IMG/VR virus record: IMGVR_UViG_3300048606_000041
Coordinates: 1 to 45,467 of that record
Strand: one strand, 5' to 3'
Source of the DNA: a virus
Lineage: Duplodnaviria; Caudoviricetes
DNA: 45,467 nucleotides
Shown: positions 34,175 through 42,123 of the stretch, piece after piece
Numbering within the stretch: position 1 is the first letter of the stretch
Layout: each line of letters starts with the position of its first letter
Position numbers and translations under genes: made by a program
Notes under the pieces: generated by a model
The model's database searches: none
Seen by the model: only the letters and a program-made list of their open reading frames with translations
Told to the model about the DNA's origin: nothing

Positions 34175-34200
34175 ACAGAGTTCAAGTACCACAGGGGTGA

Positions 34201-34229
34201 TTGCAGTACCAGTTAGTACGGGCTATCTT
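34201..34229 (+). promoter_or_regulatory. Sigma70-like promoter TTGCAG-17-TATCTT
   Basis: Intergenic, correct spacing, upstream of the early gene run; three AGTAC boxes overlap or precede it. Confidence 0.55.
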
Positions 34230-34270
34230 AGTTGAGTGGCCGCAGTGAGCGACCGGAAAGAGTGGGAAGC

Positions 34271-34513
34271 ATGATTCGCGTTATCCGTACCAAGTACCTA
34301 TTTCCGACTGATTACAAGGGCGCCCGCATCAAGGCGACTGACGTGCGCACTGGCGCGACTCTGACCGAGTCCTACGACCATAGCGCACACGAGCCGCATG
34401 AGTTGGTGGCGGACCGGCTGTTCACCAAGGTTCAACCCAGCACTCGTGCCGTGAGCCTCGGGTCGGTCACTGACGAATCAATTGGTTTCACCATCCACGT
34501 TTACCAGGTCTGA
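34271..34513 (+). CDS. Small conserved-looking phage protein
   Basis: TKYLFPTDYKGARIKA motif resembles a recurrent phage hypothetical family. Confidence 0.7.
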   Translation: MIRVIRTKYLFPTDYKGARIKATDVRTGATLTESYDHSAHEPHELVADRLFTKVQPSTRAVSLGSVTDESIGFTIHVYQV

Positions 34514-34522
34514 GAGGGAACC

Positions 34523-34786
34523 ATGGCAGACGTAATCACGAATCGCGACGGTCAGTTCAGCAGTGCAGAGGGCCCCGGCGCTGTGCGCGCCTTTGGTCTC
34601 CGGGTCCTAGCCTCTGGTCTCAAGCTGGAGATGAAGTGCCCTGGCCTGAAGATGTCTAAGGTCAGCGCCCTGAAGCAAGCTAAGGCCGTCACGGGCCTGA
34701 AGACGAATGACCGGGCCAAGCATCTGGCCAAGGTCGAGGAGATGCTCCAGGCGGCCGTCGCTGGCTGCGAGGTCCGCTGCCTCTAG
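34523..34786 (+). CDS. Small phage protein
   Basis: GAGGG RBS; GLKLEMK..GLKMS motif; biased codons. Confidence 0.7.
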   Translation: MADVITNRDGQFSSAEGPGAVRAFGLRVLASGLKLEMKCPGLKMSKVSALKQAKAVTGLKTNDRAKHLAKVEEMLQAAVAGCEVRCL

Positions 34787-34860
34787 CCGGTAAGGGTCGG
34801 TGCAACGGGCCTCACGGGGCCCGCCACACTGTTCCTAACCCACTCACAGAAGAGGGAACC

Positions 34861-35073
34861 ATGTCAGAGACGTATTGCGAGATGTTCAGGGCGCTAGGTC
34901 TCGAACTCGAACACAGCCCAGACGTGGCCTGGATTGCTCGGTTCGCAGAGTTGACCAAGTGGTGCCAGGGTCCGCTCGGAACGCTGTCATCATTCGCCCT
35001 CTGGACGTCCCTGGCCATTCCAGAGCGCATATCGGGAAGTATGCCGCGCATTGCAACGGAGGAACGCACATGA
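34861..35073 (+). CDS. Hypothetical protein
   Basis: AGAGGG RBS; ATGA coupling. Confidence 0.55.
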   Translation: MSETYCEMFRALGLELEHSPDVAWIARFAELTKWCQGPLGTLSSFALWTSLAIPERISGSMPRIATEERT

Positions 35074-35351
35074 ACCGCGATATCAATGCTCGTTACGAGG
35101 ATGCCCTGTGCGACCTGTCCACGGCACGCCTGTGCGCACAAGCCAAACTATTCAGCTGGGAGGGCGACGGGCGCGACCTGCTCGCCGTGCAGCTGGCAGA
35201 GTTCACGCTCAAGCTGGCCCGCTCCGAGCTTGCCGACTGCCTGCCCGTAGAGCCGCCCTTCTGCGAGCCGGAGTTCCCGGATGACCTGTGCGCGTTCCAC
35301 AGCCTTGGTGGTGAAGGCCCATGCGGGTTCTGTGAGGGGAGCGGCGAATGA
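35070..35351 (+). CDS. Hypothetical protein with C-terminal CxxH...CxxC
   Basis: GGAGG RBS; ATGA overlaps at both ends. Confidence 0.6.
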   Translation: MNRDINARYEDALCDLSTARLCAQAKLFSWEGDGRDLLAVQLAEFTLKLARSELADCLPVEPPFCEPEFPDDLCAFHSLGGEGPCGFCEGSGE

Positions 35352-35437
35352 AGCTGCTCACCATCTACTTCGTATTCGGTCTCCTATGCCTCGCATGGGA
35401 CCTGTTGCAGTCCACACGAAAGAAGAGGGCCCAATGA
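35348..35437 (+). CDS. 29-aa membrane peptide MKLLTIYFVFGLLCLAWDLLQSTRKKRAQ
   Basis: ATGA overlaps at both ends; below the ORF-track length cutoff. Confidence 0.55.
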   Translation: MKLLTIYFVFGLLCLAWDLLQSTRKKRAQ

Positions 35438-35814
35438 GCCGCATCGATGTTTACAAGAACGCTTTTGGGGCCTGGCGCTTCAACTTGTTCGCACAGAACC
35501 CACGCCGACAGGACTACGCGATCGAGTGCCTGAAAGAGGAGCAGGCCGTGGCTCTGCGGGACGACCTGGACGCTGCGCTCGCGTCTATCGAGTCGCCATC
35601 GGCACTGGACCTGCCCAAAGACGACCTGGAGCTACTGACGCACTTTGCAGAGGACCGGGACGTGGGTCTGCCTGAAACGCAGCTGGCAGTGCGGCGAGTG
35701 CTCAGAATGCTGGGATACGACTGCGCGTCAATCGACCCGGACGACTCGGCGCCCAACTGCAATTGTGGGACCTGCCCCGACGCGGGCCCGTTCCCTTGCA
35801 TAAGGCACGACTGA
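35434..35814 (+). CDS. Hypothetical protein with Cys-rich tail
   Basis: AGAGGG RBS; CNCGTC...CIRH. Confidence 0.6.
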   Translation: MSRIDVYKNAFGAWRFNLFAQNPRRQDYAIECLKEEQAVALRDDLDAALASIESPSALDLPKDDLELLTHFAEDRDVGLPETQLAVRRVLRMLGYDCASIDPDDSAPNCNCGTCPDAGPFPCIRHD

Positions 35815-36044
35815 TGACCGAGCCATCCTGGAAACGCATCTACGCCCGAGAGACCCTGGCATTCGACTCCGATGCGCGCCGGGCCCGGACACGCGCCTGG
35901 TTCACCCTCTGGGCTACCAAGTACGCGCCACGCTGGCAGAAGACGGATGACGGCCTGGTGCTCCGAAAGGCCGTGGTCAGGACTCCGCCGCCTATCCCGG
36001 ACACCATTCGCGAGATGGCGGAGAAGTGGGAGGCTCACAAGTGA
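35814..36044 (+). CDS. Hypothetical protein
   Basis: TGATG and GTGA coupling. Confidence 0.55.
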   Translation: MTEPSWKRIYARETLAFDSDARRARTRAWFTLWATKYAPRWQKTDDGLVLRKAVVRTPPPIPDTIREMAEKWEAHK

Positions 36045-36601
36045 CCGTCATCCGTCTACCCACCCGCCAAGGCCCCAGGCGCCCTCCCAGGCTCGTTCGG
36101 CGCGAACCATGCCACGTCATCCAACTGGAAACGGTAAACGCAAAGGCTGCAGCTCTCCGGCTCTACAAAGAGGCAGTGTCTATCGACGAGGTGTTTCCTC
36201 GCAATGGCGCCGACCTGTACGAGCGCGCCTTGCAACTCGACCCGTCCCTATCCAAAGCAAAGGTCAACCTCGGCAACTGCCACTTCCGACTTGGTAATCG
36301 CGACGTGGCCGAGGCGTGTTGGGTACAAGCGTGTGAGGAGGGAGAGCACTGCGCGTTCTTCAATCTCGGTTGGCTACGGCAACAGGAGGGACGCCTAGAC
36401 GAGGCCATTGCGCTGTTCATGCGCACCAATGACCTCGACCCGTCCTTCCCAGACGCCTACTACCATCTTGGCCTTGCCCTGGAGAAAATTGGCAAGACGG
36501 CTCGCGCAAAGGCTGCTCTGCGCACGTACCTGAAACTGGAGCCGCGGGGGCCATCCCTGCTGAACGAAACCGCTCGACTCAAACTGGAGAGGCTTCCATG
36601 A
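36041..36601 (+). CDS. Tetratricopeptide-repeat protein
   Basis: YERALQLDP, AKVNLGNC, AFFNLGWL, AYYHLGLALEKIG...YLKLEP. Confidence 0.85.
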   Translation: MTVIRLPTRQGPRRPPRLVRREPCHVIQLETVNAKAAALRLYKEAVSIDEVFPRNGADLYERALQLDPSLSKAKVNLGNCHFRLGNRDVAEACWVQACEEGEHCAFFNLGWLRQQEGRLDEAIALFMRTNDLDPSFPDAYYHLGLALEKIGKTARAKAALRTYLKLEPRGPSLLNETARLKLERLP

Positions 36602-36858
36602 AACCACCCTGGAAACTGTTTATAGCCGCGTCCGTCATGGCCATCACCACCGGATACGCGCTGTTTGCTGGCGCCGCTACTTTCGACAAGGTCTGTCTGT
36701 ACAGTATCGAGATGGAGACGGGCCAGGATGCGCCCTGGGGGCTATTCATGAACGAAGAGATGTGCAAGATGGCCGCTAAAGCCATGACGGCATGGGCCGC
36801 CACACCTCCCGTCGAGCGCTACATCTTCGTGTGTCGCGCCAAGCCGGTCACGACATGA
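36598..36858 (+). CDS. Secreted/membrane small protein
   Basis: N-terminal hydrophobic helix; coupled. Confidence 0.55.
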   Translation: MKPPWKLFIAASVMAITTGYALFAGAATFDKVCLYSIEMETGQDAPWGLFMNEEMCKMAAKAMTAWAATPPVERYIFVCRAKPVTT

Positions 36859-37103
36859 ACGAGTTCCCCACCAGCAGGCAGCTGGAGATTGTGCGCGCAG
36901 TCGTCGCTATGCGCCACGAGGGACGTTACGCTCCCACTACCGGCGCCATCGCCACGCGCCTGGAAGTGACTGACAGAGGCGCTCGCATGCAACTAGAGTC
37001 CCTGGAGCGCAAGGGCATCCTGTCGTGCTCCAGGGGCGCGCGGAACAACCGGACTATGTGGGAGGTCACTGCCCTGGGTCAGACATGGCTAGATGCCCTT
37101 TGA
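36855..37103 (+). CDS. LexA-like winged-helix DNA-binding protein (no peptidase domain)
   Basis: TSRQLEIV...APTTGAIA...LESLERKGIL. Confidence 0.75.
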   Translation: MNEFPTSRQLEIVRAVVAMRHEGRYAPTTGAIATRLEVTDRGARMQLESLERKGILSCSRGARNNRTMWEVTALGQTWLDAL

Positions 37104-37422
37104 GGTGGGCGCGGAACGCAGCGTCATCCAAGTCAGTCTTGACGAACACGCTCACCTCCTGAACCGAGCGGAACACATACAGGGGCGCACGACGCCAAGC
37201 CAGGTGCCACTTTACCTGACTTGGCGTTAGTTCTTTGCCCTTTGCGTAGTGCGCTCCAGGCGTCTTGAACTCGGCTAGGATTATCCTGTTGCTCGGCAGC
37301 AACACTAGCGCATCGGGAAAACCCCTGCCGATTGCACTGGTGTCCTGCACGAGACACCCCAGCCGCTTGAACTCGTCAATGCATGGGGTGTGGATGGTGT
37401 CGACGCGCGCAGCTCGTCTCAT
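37066..37422 (-). CDS. VRR-NUC / PD-(D/E)xK nuclease (resolvase-like)
   Basis: GFPDALV...LAEFKTP...LTPSQVKW. Confidence 0.85.
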   Translation of the reverse strand: MRRAARVDTIHTPCIDEFKRLGCLVQDTSAIGRGFPDALVLLPSNRIILAEFKTPGAHYAKGKELTPSQVKWHLAWRRAPLYVFRSVQEVSVFVKTDLDDAAFRAHLKGHLAMSDPGQ

Positions 37423-37634
37423 GGCAGGAACGCGCCGACGATGCGCCTAGCGAGCGCAAGGGCCCACCAGCCAACGAAGCTGGCGACGAAGCCGATGGCT
37501 ATCTGCGTCGTGCGGCGCATGGGCGCCACGGGTATTGGAGGCGGCAGCATGACGCGCCGATGGGTCTCGCAATAGACCCGATTCTCGCTCGTGGCGCAGC
37601 ACCCACAGAACACGAATGCGTCGCGCTCGCTCAC
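37419..37634 (-). CDS. Small protein with GcrA-C-terminal-like FCG...YCxxH motif and TM tail
   Basis: FVFCGCC...VYCETH; GTGA/ATGA overlaps. Confidence 0.45.
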   Translation of the reverse strand: MSERDAFVFCGCCATSENRVYCETHRRVMLPPPIPVAPMRRTTQIAIGFVASFVGWWALALARRIVGAFLP

Positions 37635-37879
37635 AGCGACACCCGCATGACGAGCGCCGTCAGTATGCACACTAGCGTCCCCGCAAGCGCGAACGCCAGC
37701 CCGCTCGGGTTGCGCCGGGGAAAATCACGCACGCGCAGCGTCGGCAGCTGCCTGCGCACGGGGCGAGCGCCCGTGTCGGTGTAATCATGGACCGCGCTGT
37801 ACTTGGTCAGAGGGAACGGTGCTTCCGTAAGCTCATAGCGTGGCATTCCGACCAGGGTCAGGTGTGGGCGCTTATGCAT
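37631..37879 (-). CDS. Small membrane protein
   Basis: AAGGAG RBS before ATG 37879; C-terminal TM helix. Confidence 0.55.
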   Translation of the reverse strand: MHKRPHLTLVGMPRYELTEAPFPLTKYSAVHDYTDTGARPVRRQLPTLRVRDFPRRNPSGLAFALAGTLVCILTALVMRVSL

Positions 37880-37951
37880 CTTGGTATCTCCTTGTGGCAT
37901 GCTGTCACGTGTCAACTTGTGACCATGAAGACATTCTGCCATGTGTCGTTA

Positions 37952-37980
37952 TTGACGTCCAGCAGTGTCTAGCATACGCT
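37952..37980 (+). promoter_or_regulatory. Sigma70-like promoter TTGACG-17-TACGCT of the replication operon
   Basis: Consensus spacing; ATG at 37990 implies a near-leaderless mRNA. Confidence 0.65.
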
Positions 37981-37989
37981 AGCGAAACA

Positions 37990-38721
37990 ATGCGCGAACC
38001 GTACATCCCCCTGTTCACCTCGACGATACGCTCGTCTCTGTGGTCTCTTAGCGGAGATTGTCTCAAGGTTTTCCTTACCATGGCCCTCGAAGCGGACCCT
38101 GAAGGATTCGTTTCTGCCAGCGCTGACGGGATTCGGCGCTTAGTAGATCTTCCGCTTGATGAAGTGCAAAAACACCTCAGTGCGCTCGAATCGCCAGATC
38201 CGCACTCGAAGGATATCACTCGGGAGGGAAAGCGGGACGGCCGTCGACTGGAGAAGGTGCCCAACGGGTGGCGCGTAGTGAACATCACCTGGTATCGAGA
38301 GCAGGCACGAAGACAGGCGGAACTGTTTAGGAAACGAGAGTGGGCCAGGCTCAACAACAGTGGCCGGCCCGAGAGTGCTAGACGCGCTGCTAGACGCACT
38401 GAAACGGAAACTGAAAGAGATCTAAATCCCCCTATGGTCCCCCTTGGGGATTCGACGGCTCCCCCAAAGCGCCAGCGGCGCAAGCCATTGACGGACATGC
38501 CGAGCGGCTTCGCTCCCAAGTCGTCTCATTTGGAAAAAGCCAAGCGTGAGGGCCTCGATGTGAACGAGCAGTTCCAAAATTTCCTGGTCAACGTCGAGAA
38601 GCGTTCCGCTCGATACTCTAGCTGGGATGCGGCTTTCACCGAATGGCTTGGGCGACAGAAAAACTTCGGGCCGCAGCGACAGGCGCCTGCTCGCTCCGCG
38701 TCCGTCGAGGATATCGCGTGA
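37990..38721 (+). CDS. Replication initiator (lambda O-like architecture)
   Basis: YIPLFTSTIRSSLW N-domain, GWRVVN..YR, ETETE linker, C-terminal YSSWDAAFTEW; precedes primase and helicase. Confidence 0.75.
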   Translation: MREPYIPLFTSTIRSSLWSLSGDCLKVFLTMALEADPEGFVSASADGIRRLVDLPLDEVQKHLSALESPDPHSKDITREGKRDGRRLEKVPNGWRVVNITWYREQARRQAELFRKREWARLNNSGRPESARRAARRTETETERDLNPPMVPLGDSTAPPKRQRRKPLTDMPSGFAPKSSHLEKAKREGLDVNEQFQNFLVNVEKRSARYSSWDAAFTEWLGRQKNFGPQRQAPARSASVEDIA

Positions 38722-38876
38722 CCAAGGGACAACGATGGGTGCTCACCACGTGTCTGTGGACAGCGTGGAAGCACCGGCAGCTGGGGGTCGTTGTGCTGGG
38801 CTATGTCAATCCACAACTGGCTGAGGACCGAGCGGCGCGCCTGCTTCGGTTCTGGGCGAGGCGATGTGCGTCGTGA
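38718..38876 (+). CDS. Small hypothetical protein
   Basis: GAGG RBS; GTGA overlap. Confidence 0.4.
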   Translation: MTKGQRWVLTTCLWTAWKHRQLGVVVLGYVNPQLAEDRAARLLRFWARRCAS

Positions 38877-39855
38877 AGCCGTCGACGAAATCAGACGCAC
38901 GATGACAGACCCCATTCGGGTCTGTCGTGCGCTATGCATCGATTCAGGCTCCAAGCGACAATCGTCCGGTCTCATCATTCGCTGTCCGGTGCACGATGAC
39001 TCCGAGCCCAGCTGTTCCGTCACCCGAGGTCAGGACGGGACGTTGCGGGCCAAGTGCTTCGGGTGCGGCTGGACGGGGGACGTGCTCCACCTGGTAGCGG
39101 CGGTCTACTCGCTCGACACGAGCCGGGACTTCCCCGAGGTCCTACTCGTCGCCGCCGAGTTGGGCGGGCTCCACCAACTCGCCGCCGAGTTGCGCGGGGG
39201 CGGGACTCGCTCACCCGAACGCCCTGTGCCACCCGAACCTACACCAGAAGCCGAGCGAGAGTACCCGCCAGGCCCCGAGGTCGAGGCTGTCTGGCGCGAT
39301 GCCGTAGCCGTGGACCGAATCGAGCCCTGCCAGGTCGCTTTGGCGCTCAGAGCCATCTACCCCGGGGCAGAGCTGGCGAGGGCTCTGACGGGCTGCCAGG
39401 TGCCTCAGTGGGCTCGGTACCGAGGCATGGCCTGGACAGATACTGGGCACCGAGTGGTTTTACCAGTTTATGCTTCGGACCTGGCTCTGCGCTCCGTCAG
39501 GGCCTGGCACATCAGCCGGGACTACGACGGGCCCAAGCGCCTGCCGCCGGCTGGACACCGGGCGACAGGGTTGTGTCTAGCCAACCCCGCGGCGCTCTCT
39601 GGGCTCGCCGAGGGGGCCCCCATGGCAATCATCGTGGCAGAGGGGGAGAGCGACTATCTGTCGTTGTGTCAGCGCTACCCAGGGCATCCGGTGCTCGGGG
39701 TGTTTAGCGGGAGTTGGTGCGCCGAGTGGGCGGCACGAATCCCTCCATACAGCGAGGTGACGATTCGAACTGACAACGACGACGCCGGAGAGCGCTACGC
39801 TAGAGAGATTTCCAAGTCGCTCAAGGACAGGGCCGTGGTGAGGAGAGCATCATGA
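38866..39855 (+). CDS. DNA primase (CHC2 zinc finger + TOPRIM)
   Basis: CPVHDDSEPS...KCFGCG; IVAEGESD; RTDNDDAG. Confidence 0.9.
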   Translation: MRREAVDEIRRTMTDPIRVCRALCIDSGSKRQSSGLIIRCPVHDDSEPSCSVTRGQDGTLRAKCFGCGWTGDVLHLVAAVYSLDTSRDFPEVLLVAAELGGLHQLAAELRGGGTRSPERPVPPEPTPEAEREYPPGPEVEAVWRDAVAVDRIEPCQVALALRAIYPGAELARALTGCQVPQWARYRGMAWTDTGHRVVLPVYASDLALRSVRAWHISRDYDGPKRLPPAGHRATGLCLANPAALSGLAEGAPMAIIVAEGESDYLSLCQRYPGHPVLGVFSGSWCAEWAARIPPYSEVTIRTDNDDAGERYAREISKSLKDRAVVRRAS

Positions 39856-40847
39856 AAGTAACCGACCAGAACGACCGTCTCAGAGCCGGTACGCTGCCGG
39901 ATGACCCGAAGGCTGACACGGTGGTGGTCAGCGAGGAGGTGACCCGCATCTATGGCGAGAAGGACCTGCTCAACTCGGTCAACGTCACGTCCGATAAGCG
40001 CATCTATGGCACGACAGGCAACGCCAAGCTAGACGAGGCCACGGGCGGCATGCGCCCAGAGGACGTGTGGATGGTGGGAGCCGACACCTCGTGGGGCAAG
40101 AGCAGTTTCGCCGTGCGCTTGTACGATGAGAACCTGAAGCGCAAGAAGAAGGTGCTCATCGTGAGCGGGGAGGACAGCATGCAAACGTACGGCGCTCGAC
40201 TCTTGCGCCGCCGCACACGCGTCCCCGCCGCAACGCTGAGAGGGCGCACGTTGAGCCGAGAGCAGCATGACGCGGTGTCACAGGCCAGGAAGAACGCCAT
40301 CAGCAACGCCAGCTTCATCGATGCTCGCGGTAAGACCGTCGAGTGGCTGGCTCCACAAATCAAGCGCGCCGTATCGCACTACGGCATCGACATCGTATGC
40401 TTCGACTATGTCGGAGCGTTCGCTTGCAAAGCAGGCTCACAGGACCGGCGCAACATGGTGACCTACATCGCCCGGGTCATGGCTGACGTGGCCAAGACGG
40501 CAGGCGTGTGCGGCGTCATCTTCTCTCAGATAACCCCGGGAAAGGCAGGGAAGGACGGCGACAAGTACGCGCTGAGAGACAGCAATGACCTGGTGCAGAT
40601 GGCCGAGGTCATGCTGCTGGGCACCCTGGCAGAGAAGGACCATGCAGAGGGCAAGTACCGAGAGGGAGACCGGCTGCTTAAGGTGACGAAGTGCAAGGAG
40701 GGTGAGGCCGGCAAGACTCACGTGCTGGCGTGGGACTCTGAAGTAGCGTGCTTCGACACCGAGTGGTCTGAGGAGCAAGTCAGGGACCAGAATATGGTGG
40801 AGTTGACTGAAGAGTTGACCGGTAGCTGGTACGACAATGACGCATAA
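39852..40847 (+). CDS. DnaB-like SF4 replicative helicase
   Basis: GADTSWGKS Walker A, VSGED, VCFDY, FSQI, LRDS, KCKEG. Confidence 0.9.
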   Translation: MKVTDQNDRLRAGTLPDDPKADTVVVSEEVTRIYGEKDLLNSVNVTSDKRIYGTTGNAKLDEATGGMRPEDVWMVGADTSWGKSSFAVRLYDENLKRKKKVLIVSGEDSMQTYGARLLRRRTRVPAATLRGRTLSREQHDAVSQARKNAISNASFIDARGKTVEWLAPQIKRAVSHYGIDIVCFDYVGAFACKAGSQDRRNMVTYIARVMADVAKTAGVCGVIFSQITPGKAGKDGDKYALRDSNDLVQMAEVMLLGTLAEKDHAEGKYREGDRLLKVTKCKEGEAGKTHVLAWDSEVACFDTEWSEEQVRDQNMVELTEELTGSWYDNDA

Positions 40848-41109
40848 ATTCGAAGAGGAACGGGACGGCATGTCGCAACAGGAGGTGGCCGACGTGCTCG
40901 GTATCACCAGGGAGCGCGTGCGGCAGATCGAGTACAACGGGCTACGCAAGCTCGCCCGCTTCCCCGGCGTGCTCAGGGAGTTCGTCAGCTCGAAGCCGAA
41001 GTGGAACCGGTGCGCGTGCAACCTGCTGACTTTGATGCCGGATGGAGACGAGTGCAGCGTGTGCTTGCATCATCGGCAGTATGCGGCCAAACGAAATCGA
41101 CAGGGCTGA
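40837..41109 (+). CDS. Sigma70 region-4 type HTH protein
   Basis: MSQQEVADVLGITRERVRQIEYNGLRKL, plus Cys-rich tail. Confidence 0.85.
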   Translation: MTHKFEEERDGMSQQEVADVLGITRERVRQIEYNGLRKLARFPGVLREFVSSKPKWNRCACNLLTLMPDGDECSVCLHHRQYAAKRNRQG

Positions 41110-41185
41110 GTCGAATTGCTTTGCGGTACCGAAAACCGGTGGTAGTTAGTACTCGTCGCTTCGGCGACACAACAGAAGAGGGAGC

Positions 41186-41356
41186 ATGTCGAGCGACTGT
41201 CACATCAGCGTGGAGCTACAGGCCATCTTGGAGCGCGTGTTCGAAAGCATCGACGCCGAGTTGAGCGACGAGGAGTTTGACGCTCAGGTAGACGAGATGA
41301 ACTTGGATGCCGATATCTCGGAGTGCTTCAACGGAGAGGGACTACGTGGCCGCTGA
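41186..41356 (+). CDS. Small highly acidic protein (56 aa)
   Basis: AGAGGGAG RBS; 16 Asp/Glu versus 3 Arg; not in the ORF track. Confidence 0.6.
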   Translation: MSSDCHISVELQAILERVFESIDAELSDEEFDAQVDEMNLDADISECFNGEGLRGR

Positions 41357-42086
41357 GCAGACGCCAGGCAGAGCGTGCGCCTGTGGATGCGGCAAGTCCA
41401 TCAATCACATGGCGGGGCACGCTCTGTACGCGCCAGGCTGCTACGACGCCGTTCATGCGCGACGCAAGGCAGAACTCCAGATAGTCAGAAGGAAGTCTCG
41501 CAAGGATGGCACGTACGTCGCGCCAGAAATCAAGAAGTGCGAGACGTGCCCCACCATGCTCACGGGACGCGTTCAAGGGGCCAGGTTCTGTAAAGTCTGC
41601 ATCGTCGAGAGGCGCTTCAAGGCCAGGTGGGCACTCGACCAGGGCATAAACAGGAAGTCCCAGAACATTCGCCAGCACCTGGTTCGAAACAAGGTTGATG
41701 GGTCGGGGCTCGAAGCGCGTCAGCCAGAGCCCAAGTGCAAGGTGTGCGCAGGCATGAGTTGGGCCATAGCTGTGGACAGGGAACAGGACCCCATGTCTGG
41801 TCCTCAGACCAAGCCTAGGCCGGTAGGATTCGAGATGTGTGGGCGAGTGCTATGCCGAGGATGCGGCGCCGTGGGCGATGGGCGGGACGCGCCATTGCCC
41901 GATCGGAACCTGTACGGACAGAGTTCCATGGCGATGGCGTCTGACACGGGTAGGCTGTATGGGTATGCGCCAGCCACAAACGCCAAGGGCACTGGGCTAG
42001 AGAACAGAAACCGTGTGAGGCCAGGGGGCAGGGCTGGAAGAGTGAGAGGGAACGACAATGCGGATGATACAGCTGACTCAGGGTAA
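41346..42086 (+). CDS. Cys-rich zinc-binding protein
   Basis: CACGCG plus four CxxC pairs; GAGGG RBS before GTG 41346. Confidence 0.6.
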   Translation: MAAEQTPGRACACGCGKSINHMAGHALYAPGCYDAVHARRKAELQIVRRKSRKDGTYVAPEIKKCETCPTMLTGRVQGARFCKVCIVERRFKARWALDQGINRKSQNIRQHLVRNKVDGSGLEARQPEPKCKVCAGMSWAIAVDREQDPMSGPQTKPRPVGFEMCGRVLCRGCGAVGDGRDAPLPDRNLYGQSSMAMASDTGRLYGYAPATNAKGTGLENRNRVRPGGRAGRVRGNDNADDTADSG

Positions 42087-42120
42087 GGTCGCCTTGGTTG
42101 ATGATGAGAATCGAGATTGA
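42058..42120 (+). pseudogene. 20-aa N-terminal stub of an HNH-AP2 endonuclease
   Basis: MRMIQLTQGKVALVDDENRD* aligns with MREIKLTRGQAALVDDEDF of 18634-19131; GAGAGGG RBS. Confidence 0.7.
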
Positions 42121-42123
42121 GCG

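Noticed and set aside
34171-34186. Host SOS (LexA) box CTGAACAGAGTTCAAG
   Set aside because: GAAC-N3-GTTC spacing does not fit the GAAC-N4-GTTC consensus; kept only as a possible phage operator.
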